DNA of 64,000 nt. Origin: a virus (taxonomy: Duplodnaviria; Heunggongvirae; Uroviricota; Caudoviricetes). Each line of letters opens with the position of its first letter. Positions within the stretch are counted from its first letter, which is position 1. The notes under the pieces were generated by a model. That model searched no databases, was not told the DNA's origin, and saw only the letters and a program-made list of their open reading frames with translations. The position numbers and the translations under genes are program-made. The stretch is from the IMG/VR virus record IMGVR_UViG_3300042401_001180; one strand, 5' to 3'. This document shows positions 57,602-64,000 of the stretch, in pieces.

Positions 57602-59644
57602 ATGATAGAATCGGTAGACGGAAGTGAAAAACCAAAAAATAAAAACCAAGACGGATCAACTAAAACCCCTGTTTTAGATAATTTCTCAAGAGACTTAATT
57701 AAGTTGGCGGAAGAAGGTAAGTTGGATCCTGTGGTTGGTAGGGAAGATGAGATTAATAGAATTGCTCAAATTCTTTCAAGAAGAAAAAAGAATAACCCAA
57801 TTATATTAGGTGAACCTGGTTGTGGTAAAACGGCTATTGTTGAGGGGTTAGCTAAAAAAATATTTGAGGGAGACTGTCCACAAAACCTATCAGGAAAAAG
57901 AATAGTTTCTTTGGATATGACATCTATTGTTGCTGGTACAAAATATAGAGGACAGTTTGAAGAACGTATGAAAGTTATTATTGAAGAACTTTATGCTAAT
58001 CCTGACATTATTATCTTTATCGATGAAATACATACTATGATAGGTGCCGGAAATTCTTCAGGTTCAATGGATGCATCAAATATATTTAAACCAGCCTTAT
58101 CAAGAGGGGAATTACAATGTATTGGGGCAACGACTTTAGAAGAATATAGAAAAAACATTGAAAAGGATGGTGCTCTTGAAAGAAGATTTCAAAAAGTAAT
58201 AGTTGATCCATCAACAAAGGAAGAGACATTACAGATACTCCAAAATTCAAAAGATAGGTATGAAGATCACCACAAAGTAAGTTATACCGATGAAATATTA
58301 GTTCTTTGTGTGGAGTTAGCAGATAGATACATTACCGATAGAGAATTCCCTGATAAGGCGTTTGATATCATTGATGAGGTTGGTGCTAGATCTCAAGTGG
58401 AGATAAAATTACCTGAGATTATTGAAGACTTGAAAAGACAGGCTCAAGAAATAAAAGAAGAAAAGGTTAAAGTGATTAATAGTCAAAGATACGAGGAGGC
58501 AGCAAATCTTAGAGATAAAGAAAGAAAAATATTATCCGACTTACAAAAAGAAAAAGAAAACTTTGAAAAGAACAGAAATATCAATAAAAGAGAAGTTACT
58601 GAGGACGTGGTTTATGACGTAGTTTCTTTAATGACTAAAATCCCAATTAGCAAAATTAATACGGATGAAACGGAACAACTAAGAACACTTAAAGAAACTT
58701 TATGTACTAAAGTTATTGGTCAAGACGATGCGGTTGCAAAAATTGCAAGATCAATACAAAGAAATAAAGTAGGGTTAAATGATCCAAAAAAACCAATATT
58801 TAGTGGATTATTGATTGGTAATTCAGGAGTTGGTAAAACAGAACTCGCAAAACAACTTGCAAAACATATGTTTAACAGTGAAGATGCACTTATCAGATTG
58901 GATATGAGTGAATTCTCAGATAAAATCGCAACATCAAAACTTACAGGGACATCTCCTGGTTATGTTGGGTATGAGGACGGTTCTCCGTTTTTAAATAAAA
59001 TTAAAAACAAACCGTATTCAGTGATTCTTTTAGATGAGATTGAAAAGGCACATCCTGAGATTTTTAACGTATTTTTACAAATGTTAGATGAAGGGTTTTT
59101 AACTGACGGACACGGAAGAAAAATTAACTTTAAAAACTGTGTAATACTTATGACATCAAATGTTGGAACAAGAGTGGTACAACAATTTGGTGCAGGAGTA
59201 GGATTCTCAACTAACGCAAAAATTGAACATAAAGAAGAAGAGGTTAAATCTGTGTTAGAAAAAGAATTATTTAAAAAATTCGCTCCTGAATTTATTAACA
59301 GATTTGACGAGATTATATACTTTAAAGATTTGAATGAAGGTGATTTATTAAAAATCGTTGACTTAGAATTGGATAAGGTATATGAAAGAGTAAGAGCAAT
59401 TGAATTTGATGTTGAAGTTGATGATACCCTCAAAAAACATTTAATTTCTGTTGGTACCGATAATAGGTTTGGTGCTCGTATTTTAAAACGTACCGTACAA
59501 AAGTGGGTTGATGATGCTATAACAGAAAAGATATTATCTGATAATCCTGAGAAGGGTTCTAAATTCATTCTTTCTTATAACGAAACGGAAAAGAAAACTG
59601 ATGTTAAGATAAAAAAATCAACAAGAAGAAAAGGTAAGGTTTAA
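57602..59644 (+). CDS. clpC: ClpC-like AAA+ unfoldase lacking the N-terminal repeat domain
   Basis: D1 GEPGCGKT/IDEIH, pore loop KYRG, UVR M-domain QRYEEAANLRD, D2 GNSGVGKT/LDEIEK, GYVG and a VGF loop. Confidence 0.9.
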   Translation: MIESVDGSEKPKNKNQDGSTKTPVLDNFSRDLIKLAEEGKLDPVVGREDEINRIAQILSRRKKNNPIILGEPGCGKTAIVEGLAKKIFEGDCPQNLSGKRIVSLDMTSIVAGTKYRGQFEERMKVIIEELYANPDIIIFIDEIHTMIGAGNSSGSMDASNIFKPALSRGELQCIGATTLEEYRKNIEKDGALERRFQKVIVDPSTKEETLQILQNSKDRYEDHHKVSYTDEILVLCVELADRYITDREFPDKAFDIIDEVGARSQVEIKLPEIIEDLKRQAQEIKEEKVKVINSQRYEEAANLRDKERKILSDLQKEKENFEKNRNINKREVTEDVVYDVVSLMTKIPISKINTDETEQLRTLKETLCTKVIGQDDAVAKIARSIQRNKVGLNDPKKPIFSGLLIGNSGVGKTELAKQLAKHMFNSEDALIRLDMSEFSDKIATSKLTGTSPGYVGYEDGSPFLNKIKNKPYSVILLDEIEKAHPEIFNVFLQMLDEGFLTDGHGRKINFKNCVILMTSNVGTRVVQQFGAGVGFSTNAKIEHKEEEVKSVLEKELFKKFAPEFINRFDEIIYFKDLNEGDLLKIVDLELDKVYERVRAIEFDVEVDDTLKKHLISVGTDNRFGARILKRTVQKWVDDAITEKILSDNPEKGSKFILSYNETEKKTDVKIKKSTRRKGKV

Positions 59645-59663
59645 TATTATTTATTATTTTTTC

Positions 59664-60317
59664 TTAGTATTTTCTTTCGCAAGCAAGTTTTTTTCCTTCA
59701 TACGTAACCCCGTTATTTTTAAACTCTTTAGCTTTGGTAATTGCGTTTTGTATGTTATTTGAACCTTCGGTATATGTACCAGCTGGAAAATTTTTGTTAA
59801 AACAAACAGAACCAACACTTGTGTTAAAAATACTCACGTAAGCTCCGTCTTTTTTGAAAATATTAGATTTTTCAGTTTTTACAAATCCCTTACCCAATAA
59901 TTCTTTAGTAAGTTCAGGGTCTGAAGAAAAAGTTGGGTCCTTTTTTGTTTCATTTTTTTTAAGGGCCTCATTATACGACACCTCCACCTGTTGGTAAAAT
60001 TGACAATTCTTTAAAAGTTCGGGGGTTACGTCTATTGTACCACTATATAAAACCTTAGAATTATAATTAGTAATAACCAAGGACGCTTTATTTTTATTGT
60101 CTTGTGAACTTATTGTTAAAATTAATGTTACAGTTGAACTTAGGTTTTTTTCTTTTTGAAGCATATACCTATATTTTCCACCTGTGTCCACAGATTTATA
60201 ACCCTTATTTTTTAAACAACTAATTAATTGTAAGTCTAGAGTGTCTCCTTGTTCATTAATAACTCTTCTTACAATTCTTGTTAAGTCAGACTCAGTTAGT
60301 CTTATAATTTTTTTCAT
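59664..60317 (-). CDS. Hypothetical protein with leader
   Basis: ATG at 60317; MKKIIRLTESDLTRIVRRVINEQ; TATTTAT upstream. Confidence 0.8.
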   Translation of the reverse strand: MKKIIRLTESDLTRIVRRVINEQGDTLDLQLISCLKNKGYKSVDTGGKYRYMLQKEKNLSSTVTLILTISSQDNKNKASLVITNYNSKVLYSGTIDVTPELLKNCQFYQQVEVSYNEALKKNETKKDPTFSSDPELTKELLGKGFVKTEKSNIFKKDGAYVSIFNTSVGSVCFNKNFPAGTYTEGSNNIQNAITKAKEFKNNGVTYEGKKLACERKY

Positions 60318-60361
60318 AATATTTTTATTTATAAATATGCTAACAATCATAAAAACTTTAT

Positions 60362-60369
60362 TACCTTTG
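60362..60369 (+). promoter_or_regulatory. Bacteroidota-type -7 promoter element
   Basis: TACCTTTG upstream of 60385. Confidence 0.65.
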
Positions 60370-60384
60370 TAAAAAAAAGACACT

Positions 60385-61440
60385 ATGTTCAATTTAGAGA
60401 AATTCAAAGAATTATTATCAGTACCATCAAAAACATATCAAGAAGAGGATATGGTGGAATATCTTTGTAATGAATTGGACAACATTGAAGGTGTTACATA
60501 TTACCGAGATGAGATGATGAATGTGTATGCAACAAAAGGGGAACTCTCAGAAGGAGAGTCTTACCCAATGTTTATTGCCCATACTGACACTGTCCATATG
60601 AAAATTGATAAAATTGTTGTTAAAGAAGAAAAACTTGTTCGCCCAAATACGTTCGGAAAAACATTTGATAATAATGAGGTTGATTGTTTGAAAGCCTATG
60701 ATGAGAACGATAACCCAACAGGAATTGGTGGTGATGATAAATGTGGAATTTTTATTTGTTTGGAATTACTTAAACAATTAGACAAAGTAAAAATTGGGTT
60801 ATTTGTTTCTGAGGAAACGGGATGTCACGGATCTTCAAAATGTGATGAAAACTTTTTGAAAGATGTTGGGTATATTACACAATACGATGCTCCAGGGAAC
60901 CATTTAATCTCCGAGATTTGCTCGGGAGTTCGTTTGTTTGATCGTGACAGTGAGTTTTTTGAAAAAACATTAAAGGTAATTGAGTCTGCGTTTGGGAATG
61001 AGATGTTAGTTCAGTCTCATCCATATACTGACGTATCTCAATTAAAAAAGAAAGCTGACGTATCTTGTATCAATATGTCTTGTGGTTACTATAATATGCA
61101 CTCAAGTCAGGAATTCATTTCAATTGAAGATGTTAAAAATGCAATTGATGCTGGAAAAAATATGGTTAAAGAACTTGGTTATAAAAAATATGAGTTTGTT
61201 TATAAACCAATCGTTTATACACCACAAACCGTTATGAACTCATTGATTGATTTTGATTATGACGATTTTGATTATCCCTCAGAAGAAGACATTCACCAAT
61301 TGGAGACTGTTGATGTAATTGAAGAAAAAGATGGTGTTACAATTTCAGAAATATATGATGGTACATCACTTTTTATTACGGATGATGATTTACCTTACCT
61401 TTTTGAAATCTTAAAGAATCGTCTTTTGAAGAAATTTTAA
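60385..61440 (+). CDS. Zn metallopeptidase, M20/M28/M42 clan
   Basis: Motifs AHTDTV, GGDDKCG, EETG and YYNMHS. Confidence 0.85.
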   Translation: MFNLEKFKELLSVPSKTYQEEDMVEYLCNELDNIEGVTYYRDEMMNVYATKGELSEGESYPMFIAHTDTVHMKIDKIVVKEEKLVRPNTFGKTFDNNEVDCLKAYDENDNPTGIGGDDKCGIFICLELLKQLDKVKIGLFVSEETGCHGSSKCDENFLKDVGYITQYDAPGNHLISEICSGVRLFDRDSEFFEKTLKVIESAFGNEMLVQSHPYTDVSQLKKKADVSCINMSCGYYNMHSSQEFISIEDVKNAIDAGKNMVKELGYKKYEFVYKPIVYTPQTVMNSLIDFDYDDFDYPSEEDIHQLETVDVIEEKDGVTISEIYDGTSLFITDDDLPYLFEILKNRLLKKF

Positions 61441-62580
61441 ATAATGTTCTCTAAATTGTTCAACATCAAATAGACTTTCATTATAAAGTAGGTTAATTAT
61501 TTCATCAATAGTTGATCTACCTTTTTTTGCGTTATAAGTGTTATTATTAGTGATGTGGAAATCAATTTTTAACGTTTCAGGATCAATATTACCAATTCTA
61601 AGTCTAACTTTTTTATTTTTAGATGTTATCCATTCACCAACACCACCAATTTTTGAAACTTTATCTAAAACCTCAATATATTCTTTATTATAAACCTCTT
61701 CGTCTTCGATTCTATCTAATAGTTTATCAAAAACACTATCCAATTCAGAAACATAGGTAGTTGTGAAATCCTCATCATTCCAAACGTTGTATTGAATTTC
61801 ATAATATTCAGGAAGATGAGAAATACTTGATTTACCGATTGCTTCAAAAAGTAAGTCTAAAAATTTATCATTTTCGGTACCAAAACGAGCAAATAATAAT
61901 ACCGCAGAACCCCAATCCATAATGTATCTCCAAAAACAATGTCTTTCTGAATAATTTTCAATTCCAACATCGGTTAAACAATTACAATACGCTCCTTCAA
62001 TATATTTAGGGACTTCACCACTTATAGCTGCCACTTGAGCCTCCACATACGCCTCTTGAACGGCATCATCAACACCTAATGTGGTTAAAATTGATGTTAT
62101 TTGTGTTTCCCCCGTTTCACCTTCAATAGTATATTTCCCTTCATTTTCTACAATGTATTTTGAAGTGCTTGGAGATGCGATATTTAATATTTCTTTTAGT
62201 TTTTTTAAACTATCACTTTTAAGTGCCGATACGACATAATTCTCTCTCCAATCATCATAGGATCTATCGGAGTAATCTCCGTACCAATCCCATTGGCTTC
62301 TATACATTCTGTCGTAGTTATCTGCATCGTAATAACCCTCACTACCTTCTTCACCATAGTCATCAGGAAAAAAGAATCTTAAAAACTCATCTAATCCATC
62401 AAATTTAAAATGAATCCCGTCGTAATCAATATCAATAACATCAGAGAAATCTTTACCTTCTGAATTATAAAACTCAACAGCTGAAGGATGTATTCTTCTT
62501 TTATTAATTGCAAGAATTTTTTGAAAATCATTTAATTCGACTTCTTCTTCTTGTTCGTATAAAAATCTTTTTTTAAACAT
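61411..62580 (-). CDS. Acidic hypothetical protein
   Basis: ATG at 62580 (MFKKRFLYEQ), 6 nt after TATTTAT. Confidence 0.78.
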   Translation of the reverse strand: MFKKRFLYEQEEEVELNDFQKILAINKRRIHPSAVEFYNSEGKDFSDVIDIDYDGIHFKFDGLDEFLRFFFPDDYGEEGSEGYYDADNYDRMYRSQWDWYGDYSDRSYDDWRENYVVSALKSDSLKKLKEILNIASPSTSKYIVENEGKYTIEGETGETQITSILTTLGVDDAVQEAYVEAQVAAISGEVPKYIEGAYCNCLTDVGIENYSERHCFWRYIMDWGSAVLLFARFGTENDKFLDLLFEAIGKSSISHLPEYYEIQYNVWNDEDFTTTYVSELDSVFDKLLDRIEDEEVYNKEYIEVLDKVSKIGGVGEWITSKNKKVRLRIGNIDPETLKIDFHITNNNTYNAKKGRSTIDEIINLLYNESLFDVEQFREHYLKFLQKTIL

Positions 62581-62595
62581 ATTTATATAAATATG

Positions 62596-62640
62596 TTGTA
62601 TATCCAAAAGAAATACGTTATGTTTGTATAAGTTCTTTGA
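62596..62640 (+). promoter_or_regulatory. Host-type promoter for tmRNA with boxA-like element
   Basis: TTG (62596) - 20 nt - TATGTTTG (62619), followed by GTTCTTTGA (62632). Confidence 0.6.
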
Positions 62641-62661
62641 AAGTAGTCATTTATCATATAC

Positions 62662-63062
62662 GGGGATGTATTGGAATTGACAGGCGTTGATAGAATAAAA
62701 GGAGCACGTAGAGACTGAATTAATCTCTTTAAAAACTGATTCACACTTATATACGGCAACGTACTAGATAACCTTTCAGTGGTTGGTTTAATTGCAACTG
62801 AGCAAGTTACTGTAGCTTAAGTTAAGCACGGAAACGGGGGGTCGGTGGACATATAACCTAGCAACAGAAGTCTTTACAAAGGTGTGGTTTCTACCCGAAA
62901 AGGAACAAAACGGGTATGGTTCCCCGAAAGGACTGTCACCGTCGCTGAGTGGTGTGAGAACTCAGATATTTCGGAAGGTATGACAAACCTTGACCTAAAC
63001 GTGTAGTTGTCTTTTAGTCGGGACGAGCTGGACCGGGGAGTCGGAGCCCCGCATCTCCACCA
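62662..63062 (+). ncRNA. ssrA: tmRNA (SsrA), 401 nt; predicted tag frame 62755..62820 GNVLDNLSVVGLIATEQVTVA*
   Basis: 5' GGGGATG pairs with 3' CATCTCC-A-CCA, giving the G3:U Ala identity pair. Also GGAATTGAC D-loop-like segment, T stem CGGGG/CCCCG and an internal short ORF. Confidence 0.93.
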
Positions 63063-63066
63063 ACTG

Positions 63067-63098
63067 ATCCCATCATTTAATTATGGTGGGATTTTTTT
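63067..63098 (+). terminator. Intrinsic terminator after tmRNA
   Basis: ATCCCATCAT/ATGGTGGGAT hairpin plus T-run. Confidence 0.85.
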
Positions 63099-63163
63099 AT
63101 TTGTATTTTTTGTGGAGACGGACGATTTTTTGTGGAGATGTGGGTATTTATATAAAAAAGATT

Positions 63164-63703
63164 ATGGCAAATAGAAAAAAAGAATTAGTAGTGTGTTCAA
63201 ACCCTGAATGTAAAAAAGAATTTTATAAAGATTCATCTGAAGTTACAAGAAACAATAAGATTGGTAGAAAAAATCACTGCTCTTTAAAATGTTGTGGACA
63301 CACTAGTCACGAACACTTAAAAAAATATAGTAAAGAAAATATAAAATTTTTAGAACCACATAGAGATAATGGGAGGGATGAGTTTACCGGATTAAGAGAG
63401 CACTTCAGGAGAGTAAAAAAAAGAAAACATTATTATGATATAAGTTTGGATGATTTATTAGATATTTGGAATAATCAAGAAGGGATTTGTCAATATAGTG
63501 GAGTTAAATTACTACATCCAAACGAGGGGGGTAATAATTTAAATACCGCATCTTTAGATAGAATAGATAGTAAATTAGGGTATGTTAAAGGTAATTTACA
63601 ATTTATTAGTATTATTTGTAACCAAGCAAAGAATAATCTTACTCATGAAAATATGATGACTTTTTTAAAAACTATATGTGAGTTTTATTCAAAAAAAGAA
63701 TAA
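63164..63703 (+). CDS. Free-standing HNH-type (His-Me finger) endonuclease with N-terminal Zn finger
   Basis: CSNPEC...CSLKC; CQYSG...SLDRIDSKLGYVKGN...CNQAK. ATG at 63164 follows TATTTAT (63145). Confidence 0.8.
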   Translation: MANRKKELVVCSNPECKKEFYKDSSEVTRNNKIGRKNHCSLKCCGHTSHEHLKKYSKENIKFLEPHRDNGRDEFTGLREHFRRVKKRKHYYDISLDDLLDIWNNQEGICQYSGVKLLHPNEGGNNLNTASLDRIDSKLGYVKGNLQFISIICNQAKNNLTHENMMTFLKTICEFYSKKE

Positions 63704-63705
63704 TT

Positions 63706-63745
63706 AAAAAACCTCATCATTTATTTGGTGGGGTTTTATTTTTTT
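63706..63745 (+). terminator. Intrinsic terminator overlapping the next promoter
   Basis: AAAACCTCATCA/TGGTGGGGTTTT hairpin plus T-run. Confidence 0.75.
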
Positions 63746-63755
63746 ATTACCTTTG
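63724..63755 (+). promoter_or_regulatory. Bacteroidota-type promoter (-33/-7)
   Basis: TTTG (63724) - 20 nt - TACCTTTG (63748), ending 4 nt before the ATG. Confidence 0.7.
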
Positions 63756-63759
63756 TATT

Positions 63760-64000
63760 ATGCAAACATTTCTTCCATATTCAGATTTTAAAAAATCATT
63801 AGAATCATTAGATAATAAACGTTTAGGTAAACAACGTGTTGAGGCTTACCAAATAATTTCAGCAATCACAGGTAGACCAAAAAAGAATGGAGAACCATAT
63901 AAAGGTTGGACATCACATCCGTGTTCTGTTATGTGGCGTGATTATGTAAATGCTCTTAAACAGTACTATAATGACTGTATCGATGTGTGGAAATCTCGTG
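63760..64000 (+). CDS. Pyrimidine-dimer DNA glycosylase (DenV/MSMEG_6728-like), 3'-truncated
   Basis: Not in the ORF track. Reads MQTFLPYSDFKKSLESLDNKRLGKQRVEAYQI...GWTSHPCSVMW. Confidence 0.85.
   Translation, partial: MQTFLPYSDFKKSLESLDNKRLGKQRVEAYQIISAITGRPKKNGEPYKGWTSHPCSVMWRDYVNALKQYYNDCIDVWKSR

Noticed and set aside
62662-63062. tRNA-Ala with an intron
   Set aside because: There is no anticodon arm; length, termini and the internal tag ORF fit tmRNA.
63083-63163. Upstream start of the HNH ORF at 63083
   Set aside because: It falls inside the tmRNA terminator. ATG 63164 follows the promoter motif and an A-rich leader.
1-64000. Stop-codon recoding (code 15 or 4), as in some large phages
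   Set aside because: Core genes are intact and densely packed in code 11. TGA and TAG both serve as stops (e.g. 1217-1219 and 37890-37892).
1-64000. CRISPR array
   Set aside because: No repeat-spacer structure was seen; the tandem repeats found are in-frame coding repeats.

Overview
This is a 64-kb segment of a large, AT-rich, T4-like (Caudoviricetes) phage genome read in the standard genetic code. The host is most likely Bacteroidota, based on TAnnTTTG promoters, A-rich leaders without Shine-Dalgarno sites, a Bacteroidota-type bS21 and a T9SS-type cargo protein. It holds the head module (terminase, portal, prohead protease, scaffold, major capsid), neck and baseplate-like genes, DNA polymerase B, a SNF2 helicase and a probable gp55-like sigma factor. 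A ~16-kb glycosylation cluster includes gmd/colD/fcl-like genes and about 11 glycosyltransferases. Auxiliary genes include SOD, PhoH, bS21, an N-domain-less ClpC, a peptidase, a tmRNA, an HNH endonuclease and a pyrimidine-dimer glycosylase. The most notable leads are: (1) a theta/LCIB-type carbonic anhydrase domain in a virion-like protein; (2) a shared leader ending in (I/L/V)-x-E on unrelated late proteins, including SOD and a WYL protein, suggesting capsid cargo loading; (3) a tmRNA with an atypical tag and T-loop near ClpC; (4) a GDP-colitose-type pathway plus a recurrent [ST]-[GA]-x-T motif in virion proteins; (5) a coding-strand TATTTAT promoter motif; (6) inverted copies of the tmRNA 3' end at the HNH promoter. 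All family calls come from recognising motifs by eye; no database search was run.
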